NCBI GenBank assembly: GCA_938091805.1
Contig: CALKGV010000040.1
Location: 1-56,385 of the forward strand
Origin: an uncultured archaeon
Lineage (GTDB): Archaea > Thermoproteota > Bathyarchaeia > Bathyarchaeales > DTEX01
Length of the DNA stretch: 56,385 nt
Reading direction: 5' to 3'
The translations under genes and the position numbers were made by a program. Below are positions 46,315 to 55,088 of this stretch, piece by piece. Numbering within the stretch: position 1 is the first letter of the stretch; the number at the start of each line of letters is the position of its first letter. The notes beneath the pieces are model-generated. The model saw only the letters and a program-made list of their open reading frames with translations. It ran no database searches and was not told the origin of the DNA.

Positions 46315-46767
46315 TTATAGTTTTATCCTCGTCTCCTCTTTTATGCTTCTTAAAACAAGCGCTGTTTCAGTGCTTACAACACCATCAATTAGACCTATTT
46401 CATCAATCATCTTAGCAAGCTTGTTCTGATCTTCAGTTCGAACCTTTACTATAATATAATATGATCCAGTTACATCGTAAACCTCATAAACATCATCAAT
46501 TTTGCTTAGAGCTTCAAGAACTCTCTGTAGCTTTTTTGGATCGGCATTTATTAGGACGAAAGCCGTTATGTTCTTTCCAAGAGTCTCTGGCGAAATGATC
46601 GCCGTGAATCTTTTTATAATTTTTCTCTTTAAGAGCTTCTTTACTCGCACAAATATTGTCGCTTCGCTCACATTCAACTTTTCAGCAATCTTTTTAAATG
46701 AGATCCTAGCGTCATCTTGAAGCATTCGCAGAATCTCCCTATCCACCTCATCAATTTCCGAAGACAT
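46315..46767 (-). CDS. Lrp/AsnC-family transcriptional regulator, LysM-like by position
   Basis: HTH DREILRMLQDDARISFKKIAEKLNVSEATIFVRVKKL plus a RAM domain. Divergent from lysW. Confidence 0.85.
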   Translation of the reverse strand: MSSEIDEVDREILRMLQDDARISFKKIAEKLNVSEATIFVRVKKLLKRKIIKRFTAIISPETLGKNITAFVLINADPKKLQRVLEALSKIDDVYEVYDVTGSYYIIVKVRTEDQNKLAKMIDEIGLIDGVVSTETALVLRSIKEETRIKL

Positions 46768-46904
46768 TTTTCTTCCACTGATAAATTTTTCTGAATCATA
46801 TATATAAATTATGTTGAAATAAAATTATTTTTCATGCAAATTTATTAATGTTTATTTTTGTTTTCCGAAATATTTATAAAGAAAAATTATCTTTCCTATT
46901 GAGC
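46768..46904. promoter_or_regulatory. divergent promoter region between the Lrp regulator and lysW
   Basis: BRE/TATA CCGAAA-TATTTATAAA (46865-46880) lies about 25 nt before lysW ATG 46905, giving a near-leaderless transcript. TTTATATATA on the other strand (about 46797-46810) serves the regulator. Confidence 0.55.
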
Positions 46905-47099
46905 ATGGATAAGGGGGCGAAAGCCTTCAAGCTTAAATGTCCTGAATGTGATGCGGACATAGAGGTTCCGGAAGACGTTATTTCAGGCGAGATCGTTAGC
47001 TGCCCTGACTGCGGCTTGGATTTAGAAGTCAAGATAGATGAGAGCGGGTCGGTGAATCTTAAGCCGGCCGAGATAGAGGGTGAAGATTGGGGCGAGTAG
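46905..47099 (+). CDS. lysW: LysW amino-group carrier protein
   Basis: Zinc ribbon [10 protein letters not shown]…CPDCG and the hallmark C-terminus EIEGEDWGE. The ORF-track start at 46848 is upstream of the TATA box. Confidence 0.9.
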   Translation: MDKGAKAFKLKCPECDADIEVPEDVISGEIVSCPDCGLDLEVKIDESGSVNLKPAEIEGEDWGE

Positions 47100-47107
47100 A
47101 GGCGGAG

Positions 47108-47971
47108 ATGAATCAAATAGGACTTGTATATGATAGGATCCGATGGGAAGAGAAGGTGTTAATGGACGCTTCAAAGCGGCTTGGATTAGATTTAAAAATG
47201 ATTGATTCAAAAGAGGTCTGTTTTGACACCCTTGAAGATCCGGCGAAAATTGAGGAAGCCTTCGGCAATGTGATCCTTCAACGTTGCATAAGCTACTTTA
47301 GAGGCTTACATATAACCGCTATGCTGGAAAATTTCGGGCTTCACGTGATTAACCCCTTTAGTGTCTCCCTACTCTGTGGCAACAAGTTGTTCACTACGCT
47401 AGCGTTAATTAAAGCTGGTGTTCCCATTCCGAGAACTCTTGTGGCGTTCACGGATAGAAGCGCTCTTAAAGCCCTTGAGGCGCTTGGCTATCCAGCTGTT
47501 CTAAAACCGGTTGTGGGAAGCTGGGGAAGGCTCGTAGCCCTCATTAGAGATAAAGACTCAGCTCAGGCCCTCCTTGAGTCAAGGGAGGAGATGCAAAACT
47601 CCCTTATGCAAATATATTATCTGCAGGAATATATTAAGAGGCCTCCGAGAGATATACGTGCTCTCACGATTGAGGAGGAAGTTATAGCGGCGGCGTACCG
47701 TTACTCAGCTGAAGACGACTGGAGAACGAATGTTGCCCGTGGTGGTAGAACTGAGCCATGCCCAATAACCGATGAGCTTGAGGATTTGGCGATAAGGGCT
47801 TCTAAAGCCGTTGGAGGCGGGGTGTTAGCGGTTGATTGCATGGAATCGCCAGACGGGATAGTTATTCACGAAGTTAATAATACTCCTGAATTCAAAGGGT
47901 TATATTCTGCAACAAAGATTGACATCCCTGAGAAAATTATTGAGTACGCCATTAAGGTGATGAGAAAATGA
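47108..47971 (+). CDS. lysX: LysX, RimK-type ATP-grasp ligase (attaches substrate to LysW)
   Basis: IGLVYDRIRWEEK…GYPAVLKPVVGSWGRLVA closely parallels Thermus LysX. Confidence 0.88.
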   Translation: MNQIGLVYDRIRWEEKVLMDASKRLGLDLKMIDSKEVCFDTLEDPAKIEEAFGNVILQRCISYFRGLHITAMLENFGLHVINPFSVSLLCGNKLFTTLALIKAGVPIPRTLVAFTDRSALKALEALGYPAVLKPVVGSWGRLVALIRDKDSAQALLESREEMQNSLMQIYYLQEYIKRPPRDIRALTIEEEVIAAAYRYSAEDDWRTNVARGGRTEPCPITDELEDLAIRASKAVGGGVLAVDCMESPDGIVIHEVNNTPEFKGLYSATKIDIPEKIIEYAIKVMRK

Positions 47972-49020
47972 GAGTGGGCGTTTTCGGCGCGTCAGGTTAT
48001 GTTGGCGGTGAAATTCTTCGTCTTCTACTAGGTCATCCGAAAGTTGAAGTTGTTGCCGCAACATCAAACACTTACGCTGGAGAATATGTTCATAGGGTTC
48101 ACCCGAACATTAGGGGGCAAACAACCCTCAAGTTCATCAAGTCTGACCCCTTAAAAGTTGCTGATCTATGCGACGTATTATTTGTTGCAACGCCACATGG
48201 TGTTTCATCAACATTCATCCCGCAGATCCTCAACTCCGGCATAAAAATAATTGACACTAGCGCGGACTTTAGGCTCAAAAACCCTGAGGACTATTTGAAA
48301 TGGTATGGTTGGAGACATAAATGCCCTGAAATATTGGATAAAGCCGTCTATGGGCTCCCTGAGCTTCATCGTGAAGAAATAAGGGGGGCTCAGCTGGTTG
48401 CTGTTCCAGGATGCATGGCCACCGCCGGTATACTTGCCCTATCGCCCATAGTTAAATCCGGTAATATTGAGAAAGATAGGATAGTTATCGATTTTAAAAT
48501 AGGTTCCTCAGGGGCAGGCGCTAAGCCCTCTTTATCATCGCATCACTCGGAGCATTATAGCGTCGTTAGACCATATAAGCCGGCTGGTCATAGACACACT
48601 GCGGAGTTAGAGCAGGAGCTAAGCCTATTATGCGGCGAGAAGGTTAAGATTTCAATGTCGGCGCATGCTGTTAATATGGTCAGGGGGATTCTATCAACAT
48701 GCCATGTTTTCCTCAAAGAATCTATGAAATCTGTTGAGGTTTGGCGGCTTTATAGGGAGTTTTATTCCGGCGAACCATTCATTAGATTTATTCGCGACAC
48801 TAAGGGGGTCTTCAGATATCCTGATCCAAAGATCACTGTGGGCTCAAACTACTGTGATATAGGCTTCGAGGTGGATGAGCATGCTGGCAGACTTGTCATA
48901 CTCTCAGCCATTGACAACCTTATGAAGGGTGCCGCTGGAACAGCTGTTCAAGACATGAACATTATGTGCGGCTGGGATGAAAAGGAAGGCCTGCGCTACT
49001 CCGCATTACACCCAATTTAG
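47968..49020 (+). CDS. lysY: LysY/ArgC, [LysW]-aminoadipyl/glutamyl-phosphate reductase
   Basis: N-terminal VGVFGASGYVGGE and active-site VPGCMATA. ATGA overlap with lysX. Confidence 0.88.
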   Translation: MRVGVFGASGYVGGEILRLLLGHPKVEVVAATSNTYAGEYVHRVHPNIRGQTTLKFIKSDPLKVADLCDVLFVATPHGVSSTFIPQILNSGIKIIDTSADFRLKNPEDYLKWYGWRHKCPEILDKAVYGLPELHREEIRGAQLVAVPGCMATAGILALSPIVKSGNIEKDRIVIDFKIGSSGAGAKPSLSSHHSEHYSVVRPYKPAGHRHTAELEQELSLLCGEKVKISMSAHAVNMVRGILSTCHVFLKESMKSVEVWRLYREFYSGEPFIRFIRDTKGVFRYPDPKITVGSNYCDIGFEVDEHAGRLVILSAIDNLMKGAAGTAVQDMNIMCGWDEKEGLRYSALHPI

Positions 49021-49032
49021 GTGGAATATGCG

Positions 49033-49842
49033 ATGATAATTCTTAAGGTTGGCGGGGACATATTCAGGGGAGGATTAAATCAGACGCTTGCTAAAGATGT
49101 GAAAGAGACTCTTGAAGCCAGCAAGTTGGTCATAGTTCACGGCGGTGGGGACGAGGTTACGGAGATAGCTGAGAAACTCGGTAAGAAGCAGATTTTCGTT
49201 ACATCGCCTGAGGGGATTAGAAGCCGCTACACGGATGAGGAGACTGTTGAAATATACACCATGGTTATGGCTGGCAGAATAAACAAGGCTATTGTACGGT
49301 GGCTTTTAAGCTATGGGGTGCTAGCCGTCGGCTTATCCGGCATAGATGGGGCGCTCATTAAGGCAAGCAGAAAAAAGAAGCTAGTTATAATTGATGAGAG
49401 AGGTAGAAAACGAGTGATCGAAGGCGGCTACACTGGGAAGATCGTTGAGGTCAACCCGCAGATACTGAGAATTCTCATAGAAAATGGGTTTGTGCCAGTT
49501 GTTTCACCCATAGCTTTAGGCGAAGAGAACGAGTGCTTGAACGTTGACAGCGATAGGGCGGCTGGTCAATTGGCTGGGGCTCTGAAAGCGGACAAAATAA
49601 TCTTCTTGACGGATGTTCCGGGCGTACGCTTGGGGAAAGAATACTTAAAGAGAATCTCCTTGAGGGATGCTAGAGAGATTCTGCCGAAGATAGGTCCGGG
49701 AATGGATAAGAAGGTTATCGCATCAATTGAGGCTTTAGAATCCGGGGTTAGAGAGGCCATTATAGCATGTGGATTAGCAGATGAGCCCATAACAGGCGCC
49801 TTAAAAGGTTTAAATGGCACGGTGATTTCATCTGAAATCTGA
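49033..49842 (+). CDS. lysZ: LysZ/ArgB, [LysW]-aminoadipate/glutamate kinase
   Basis: ILKVGGD and VIVHGGG amino-acid kinase motifs. ATG 49033 lies 9 nt after AGGTGG. Confidence 0.88.
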   Translation: MIILKVGGDIFRGGLNQTLAKDVKETLEASKLVIVHGGGDEVTEIAEKLGKKQIFVTSPEGIRSRYTDEETVEIYTMVMAGRINKAIVRWLLSYGVLAVGLSGIDGALIKASRKKKLVIIDERGRKRVIEGGYTGKIVEVNPQILRILIENGFVPVVSPIALGEENECLNVDSDRAAGQLAGALKADKIIFLTDVPGVRLGKEYLKRISLRDAREILPKIGPGMDKKVIASIEALESGVREAIIACGLADEPITGALKGLNGTVISSEI

Positions 49843-49855
49843 GGAAATATATGCG

Positions 49856-51037
49856 ATAGAAGATTCTCTTTCAGCCCGGTTCTACCAGAAATTTCCCGTA
49901 TGCGCCGTCAGAGGCGAGGGAGCGATATTATATGATGCAAATGGTAAGGCGTACATAGACTGCATGGGCGGCTACGGTGTAAGCCTAGTAGGGCACTGTC
50001 ACCCAAAGGTTGTAAAAGCCATAAAGGAGCAATGTGAAAGACTCATAGCATGCCATGGATCATTATATAACGATAAGAGGGCTGAGCTCTTAGAGAAAAT
50101 CGCGAAGATAGCTCCGAAGGGGCTAGATAAAATATTTCTGTCCAATAGTGGAGCTGAGGCTGTTGAATGCGCCATAAAAGCTGCTGTAAAATATGCTGGC
50201 AAACATGAGATCATAAGCATGGTTAGGAGCTTTCACGGCAAGACTTTAGGCGCCTTATCGGCGACATGGAACCCAAAATACCGAGAACCATTCGAGAAGA
50301 TCCTCAATAAAAACTTCAAGTTTGTACCATTCGGCAAACTTGACAGGGTTGAAGAAGCCATCACGGACAATACTGCAGCAGTAATTGTTGAGCCAATCCA
50401 AGGTGAGGGCGGAGTTTATGTGGCCCCAAATGGCTTCCTTAAAGGCTTAAGAAAACTCTGCGATGAGCATGAAATAGTGCTGATCTTCGATGAGGTCCAA
50501 ACCGGATTTGGGCGCACCGGACGCATGTGGGCTTCAGAGCATTGGGACGTTAAGCCGGACATAATGTGCGTTGCGAAGGCTATGGGCGGCGGCATGCCCA
50601 TAGGCGCAACAATAGCCAGAGGAGACATAATGGACTCATTGAAGGTTGGTGAGCACACCAGCACCTTCGGCGGGAACCCACTTGTATGCGCGGCTGCATG
50701 TGCAACAATAGACGTCATAGTCGAGGAGAATCTTATTGAGAGGGCGAGAAGCCTTGGAAGCAGATTTATGGATGTCCTCCGGACTATGATTGATGATTTT
50801 AGGATTCTCAGGGAGGTTCGTGGATTGGGTCTAATGATCGGGCTTGAAGCCAGAGTTAACATTCATAATATACTCCTTAAATCAATTGAGAGGGGTGTGA
50901 TATTACTTTATTCCGGCAAAAACGTTATTCGCTTTCTGCCCCCGCTCGTCATTAGTAGAGAACAACTCAGTAAAGTTGCGGAGGTATTAAGAGAAGTTTT
51001 AGTCGAAGAGGAGAGTAGACTTAAAATTACGGGTTAG
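49856..51037 (+). CDS. lysJ: LysJ/ArgD class-III aminotransferase; 5' end anomalous
   Basis: FDEVQTGFGRTG and STFGGNPL motifs. The conserved N-terminus FPVCAVRGEGAILYDANGKAYIDC lies upstream of the first canonical in-frame start (ATG 49964). The frame is open from 49826. The start listed here is ATA 49856, and it is uncertain. Confidence 0.85.
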   Translation: MEDSLSARFYQKFPVCAVRGEGAILYDANGKAYIDCMGGYGVSLVGHCHPKVVKAIKEQCERLIACHGSLYNDKRAELLEKIAKIAPKGLDKIFLSNSGAEAVECAIKAAVKYAGKHEIISMVRSFHGKTLGALSATWNPKYREPFEKILNKNFKFVPFGKLDRVEEAITDNTAAVIVEPIQGEGGVYVAPNGFLKGLRKLCDEHEIVLIFDEVQTGFGRTGRMWASEHWDVKPDIMCVAKAMGGGMPIGATIARGDIMDSLKVGEHTSTFGGNPLVCAAACATIDVIVEENLIERARSLGSRFMDVLRTMIDDFRILREVRGLGLMIGLEARVNIHNILLKSIERGVILLYSGKNVIRFLPPLVISREQLSKVAEVLREVLVEEESRLKITG

Positions 51038-51059
51038 AGTTTTCTATAGTTGTGAGCAC

Positions 51060-52190
51060 ATGAATCAGCATCCAGTAGAATTTCTAAGAAATATGCTGGA
51101 AATCTATAGCCCAAGTGGTAAGGAGAAGGAGTTAGCATCCTTCTTAATTGCAGAATTTGAGGATCTAGGCTTCGAGGAGGTTTGGAGGGATAGGGTTGGA
51201 AACCTTTACGGTAAGATCGGCAGCGGACTACCCAGGGTTCTAATGTGCGGACACATGGATACTGTTCCAGGGCGGGTTCCAGTTAAAATTGAAGATGGGC
51301 GATTATACGGTAGAGGCGCCGTGGACGCCAAATCCTCATTGGCCGCAATGATATTGGCGGCTTCAGATTTTAGGCCATATGTCCCCAATTTTGGCGGCGA
51401 AGTTATTGTTGCATGCGTCGTCGACGAGGAGGGAAAAGCCAGGGGGATTAGGAATCTTATACGTGAAGGATTGAAAGTTGACTATGCAATCTTCGGCGAA
51501 CCAAGCGGCATAGAGAACGTAACATTCGCGTATAAGGGACGCTTGCTTCTTAAAATTAAATGCACGACTGCTAGTGGGCATGTGGGCGCCCAGCATCTCT
51601 TGAGCAATGCCATCGAAAAATCTTTTGAATTATGGGCAGGGTTCAAGAGTGTATGTGAGCAGCAATATAAGTCACCGTTCGGAGTTTTCTATTCATTGAC
51701 GCCGACGCTTATAGATATCCGAAGCTTCAGGACAATGGGCGGTATACCTGACGCATGCGCCCTGAAAATTGACCTAAGGCTGCCCCCGACGATAAGATGT
51801 GAGAAGGCCATAAGAATTGTCAAGGAAATTATAGAAGGCTTCCGGAAGAAAAACCTTCAGCCGTCAGTAGCCATCGATCTCAAAATCATCGACCATGTTG
51901 AACCCTACGTGGCTAAAAAAGATAATTTAGTGATTAAGTCGCTGGTAGAGTCTATACTTGAGGAGACTGGTGAAAAGGCGAGGCTTATAAGAAAAACTGG
52001 AACAGGCGACATGAACATCTTTGGGACGCATTTCAATATACCGGTTGCAACCTATGGACCTGGCAATTCGCACTTAAGCCATACACCTAATGAATATGTC
52101 GAAATTTCCGATTATCTTAAGAGCGTAGAAATCTATAAAAAGACCGTTGAAAAAATCTTTAAGTACCATTTGGAGCAAACAGGTAAATGA
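51060..52190 (+). CDS. lysK: LysK/ArgE M20-family deacylase ([LysW]-lysine/ornithine hydrolase)
   Basis: MCGHMDTVPG and VVDEEG motifs. Last enzyme of the cluster. Confidence 0.85.
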   Translation: MNQHPVEFLRNMLEIYSPSGKEKELASFLIAEFEDLGFEEVWRDRVGNLYGKIGSGLPRVLMCGHMDTVPGRVPVKIEDGRLYGRGAVDAKSSLAAMILAASDFRPYVPNFGGEVIVACVVDEEGKARGIRNLIREGLKVDYAIFGEPSGIENVTFAYKGRLLLKIKCTTASGHVGAQHLLSNAIEKSFELWAGFKSVCEQQYKSPFGVFYSLTPTLIDIRSFRTMGGIPDACALKIDLRLPPTIRCEKAIRIVKEIIEGFRKKNLQPSVAIDLKIIDHVEPYVAKKDNLVIKSLVESILEETGEKARLIRKTGTGDMNIFGTHFNIPVATYGPGNSHLSHTPNEYVEISDYLKSVEIYKKTVEKIFKYHLEQTGK

Positions 52191-53170
52191 TCCCGCTTTA
52201 CGATGAAAATAGACCTAAGAGAAGACCCTACGTAAATTATGCACTGATCGCCATAAACATTCTGGTTTTCTTCCTCTTTTACCTGCGGGGTTTCCGTGCT
52301 TTCGAGATGAGCATAAGGAATTACGGCGCTACTCCGATATATATTCTCCGCGGGGAGAGGGTGGAAACCCTATTCACAAGCATGTTCATGCATGCAGATA
52401 TACTGCATCTGCTCGGAAACATGCTTTATCTTTGGATATTTGGAGATAACGTGGAGGACATTCTTGGTCATTCTAAGTATTTAATTTTTTATTTGATCGG
52501 CGGCGTCTTTTCAGGTTTAACGCACATAGCATCCGCACTTTTGTCACTTTACACAAGCCCAATTATATACGTGATAAGCGAGCTTAAAACGCCGGCTGTT
52601 GGCGCCTCAGGCGCCATATCGGCGGTTCTGGGAGCTTATCTGCTTCTATATCCCAACGCGCGGATAAGAACCCTGGTTTTCTATATATTTATCGCTACGA
52701 TAGTTAGTGTGCCAGCGTATTATTATCTCGGCTTCTGGTTTCTTTATCAGTTGCTCATGGGCATAGTGTCCTTAAGCGGCTTAACATCTGGTGTGGCTTT
52801 CTGGGCACATATAGGCGGCTTCATCTACGGGCTGCTCATCGTGAAAGCCTTCGATTTGAAGCCTAGAAGGAAACCGATAGATGTTCGGGAAAGGAGGGTT
52901 TATAGGCCGATTGCTGCACCGTGGGTTAGAGAGCCTCTAGTAGACGTTCTCGTTGAGCCGGATAAAGTTCTCATTATGGCTTATATGCCCGGGCTTGAGG
53001 AGAAAGATATAGAGTTAGCAGTTTCAGAATGGGATGTCACCATATCGGCTGAGCGTGAAGATGTAAGGTTCTATAAGCATATAGTGCTGCCTGTGCCGGT
53101 CCTGCCGAGAGTTGTTGACCTAACATATAGTAACGGTGTGCTTAGATTTATGCTTCTCAGAATCATCTAA
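52187..53170 (+). CDS. rhomboid-family intramembrane serine protease fused to a C-terminal Hsp20/alpha-crystallin-like domain
   Basis: Rhomboid motifs HADILHLLGN (HxxxxHxxxN), GASGAISAVLGAY and AHIGGFIYG. Residues ~247-327 (nt 52925-53167), EPLVDVLVEPDKVLIMAYMPGLEEKDIELAVSEWDVTISAERE…LTYSNGVLRFML, match a shortened ACD pattern. ATGA overlap with lysK. Confidence 0.8.
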   Translation: MIPLYDENRPKRRPYVNYALIAINILVFFLFYLRGFRAFEMSIRNYGATPIYILRGERVETLFTSMFMHADILHLLGNMLYLWIFGDNVEDILGHSKYLIFYLIGGVFSGLTHIASALLSLYTSPIIYVISELKTPAVGASGAISAVLGAYLLLYPNARIRTLVFYIFIATIVSVPAYYYLGFWFLYQLLMGIVSLSGLTSGVAFWAHIGGFIYGLLIVKAFDLKPRRKPIDVRERRVYRPIAAPWVREPLVDVLVEPDKVLIMAYMPGLEEKDIELAVSEWDVTISAEREDVRFYKHIVLPVPVLPRVVDLTYSNGVLRFMLLRII

Positions 53171-53234
53171 AGTAAAGAGAGATGCTTAAATTGGCGAGTA
53201 AGCGATGTTTTCTTTTGAAGGAAGCGTAACATCG

Positions 53235-53459
53235 ATGAATTACATAGTATTTGTCTGCCCGAGATGCGGGTTAGCCAGATACGCTAAAGAAGGGCAGAAA
53301 ACCGCTAAATGTTTGGGATGCGGATACCAGATTCAAATAAACCCTCAGAAAATAATGATTATAGCGAAGGCTGAAAAATTGGAAGAAGCAATCGATATTG
53401 TTAAATTTTACAAAATTAGGGGCAAACAACCATTGGAATTCTCACGCGCTGATAATTAA
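53235..53459 (+). CDS. DUF1922-like zinc-ribbon protein
   Basis: MNYIVFVCPRCGLARYAKEGQKTAKCLGCGYQIQI… has two CxxC pairs. The ORF opens at 53205. Confidence 0.6.
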   Translation: MNYIVFVCPRCGLARYAKEGQKTAKCLGCGYQIQINPQKIMIIAKAEKLEEAIDIVKFYKIRGKQPLEFSRADN

Positions 53460-53489
53460 TATTTAATAGGGACAAGTACATCGAAAAAT

Positions 53490-53873
53490 ATGGTGTTAAA
53501 CTTGTCGAGCAGAAGTGATGAGAGCGATAAAATACGTTTGATGGCTGATCTCTTAAGGAGCGGCGCCATATTAACCGATCTCTCATGTCCAGCTTGTTCC
53601 TCGCCTATTTTTAGGCTTAAAAATGGAGATTTATGGTGCGCTCAATGCCGGAAAAAGGTAATTGTCGTTAGGGAGAGCGAGGAGGCTGAGGAGATCGAGG
53701 CTCTCTCAACGCTCAGTCAAGCCGAGTCAACCATACTAATGAAGATATGGGAGATAAATGAAAAACTTAGGGTGGAAGATAACTGTGATGAGATTCATAA
53801 GCTAAGCGCTTTAATGTCCAGCCTATTAGAGAATCTTGAGAAGATAAGGAAGATCGGGAAACTGAGGAGATGA
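53490..53873 (+). CDS. Auto_anti-p27 (Sjogren's syndrome/scleroderma autoantigen 1, UPF0148) family zinc-ribbon protein
   Basis: MADLLRSGAILTDLSCPACSSPIFRLKNGDLWCAQCRKKV is the family's characteristic N-terminal layout. The C-terminus is helical. Confidence 0.7.
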   Translation: MVLNLSSRSDESDKIRLMADLLRSGAILTDLSCPACSSPIFRLKNGDLWCAQCRKKVIVVRESEEAEEIEALSTLSQAESTILMKIWEINEKLRVEDNCDEIHKLSALMSSLLENLEKIRKIGKLRR

Positions 53874-54421
53874 TTTCTAAAAAAACTTTCGGAGCATGCG
53901 AAATTTTCTTAGGTGCGCATTACGGTGCAGCCAGAATCGAATCTAATGTTCCGCTAACTGAGCTTCAAGAAGCAATCTTGAATGCGCTATACAACATCAA
54001 TAGGCTGACCGGCCGCGCTGTGAGAAAGTATTTACCAGACATGTCCGAATTAAACTTGGAGATCATTTTTGAGGTTGGAGTAGCAAACGGCATATCATTT
54101 TACTATATCGACGACGAGACGTTGGAGTCTTTTATGGAGAAAATAAATAGGGAGTCTCCTCACATATTAGACCTAATTTGCATCATTCGATATTATAAGC
54201 TTAGAAATGGTGTACGTAGAGCCCTAAGATTTGATTATTACTTTATGAGATTCCTTTTTAGCAGCAATACGTTGGAGCTTAAAGTTTTCCATGAGAAAGG
54301 ATTACAACGAATAGATGTTGAGGATCTAATTAAGATCCTGGTTGAAAACATAAATTCAGAGTTCGCTAAGAGAGGCATAAGCCCTATAAAAGTTAAGTAT
54401 CCACAATCATTTAATGCCTAG
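53870..54421 (+). CDS. hypothetical protein, translationally coupled to the p27-like gene
   Basis: 183 aa with no recognised motif. ATGA overlap with the upstream stop. 15-nt convergent overlap with tmk. Confidence 0.6.
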   Translation: MISKKTFGACEIFLGAHYGAARIESNVPLTELQEAILNALYNINRLTGRAVRKYLPDMSELNLEIIFEVGVANGISFYYIDDETLESFMEKINRESPHILDLICIIRYYKLRNGVRRALRFDYYFMRFLFSSNTLELKVFHEKGLQRIDVEDLIKILVENINSEFAKRGISPIKVKYPQSFNA

Positions 54422-55009
54422 ATGTTCTAGAACTATTCTCTGTATCTGTGAGGAAACCTTTTCTATCGGGCGGTTCCCATTTACCAGCGTTAATTTTCCC
54501 TCATTGACAAGGCTTATATAGATGTCTCTAACCTTCATTTGTACGTCCGGATATTCCATAACGGTTCTTTCTCTTCCCTTAAGCCTTCTCATAATAACCT
54601 CAATTGGGACATCTATATATATCGCTAGATCAGGCTTCAAGGCCATTTTATTAATCTCCTTGATCCACTCTATATCTAGGCCGGCGGCACCTTGATAAGC
54701 TATTGAAGAATAAACATACCTATCTGAAACAACCATCTTCCCATCTTTAAGCATTGGCTTTATCTCCCTTTCCACATGATCAATTCTGTCAGCTGCGAAG
54801 AGCAGGGCCTCTACGGATGCTGGCACACGCTGCTTTCTCCTCAGAACATATCTCTGAATGAACCTCCCAATCTCGCCGGCGCTTGGCTCAGTAGTATATA
54901 CGGCTTCGAAACCCCTACTTTTAAGAGCATTGACAAGAAGAAGTGACTGAGTTGTTTTCCCGCTTTTGTCAAGACCCTCTATGCAGATTAATAAACCACT
55001 TCTTTTCAT
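54407..55009 (-). CDS. tmk: thymidylate kinase
   Basis: P-loop IEGLDKSGKTTQ, a DRY-like SDRYVYSSIAYQ segment, and a LID region. AGGTG SD. Confidence 0.9.
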   Translation of the reverse strand: MKRSGLLICIEGLDKSGKTTQSLLLVNALKSRGFEAVYTTEPSAGEIGRFIQRYVLRRKQRVPASVEALLFAADRIDHVEREIKPMLKDGKMVVSDRYVYSSIAYQGAAGLDIEWIKEINKMALKPDLAIYIDVPIEVIMRRLKGRERTVMEYPDVQMKVRDIYISLVNEGKLTLVNGNRPIEKVSSQIQRIVLEHLGIK

Positions 55010-55088
55010 TCAAATACACCTGAACTCTACATTTTACAATCATTAGCATATTAAGATAACTTTTATTGAAGTAACACCAAACTTTATA

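Noticed and set aside
55063-55082. Possible extra copies of the IS terminal repeat: AAGTAACA at 55066-55076 left of the IS, and ACTTTAAG at 55863-55870 to its right. Also possible target-site duplications (TATAGG versus ATAAGG).
   Set aside because: These are only 8-nt matches in AT-rich DNA, which are expected by chance in a window this size. The flanks are not identical, so no TSD can be claimed.
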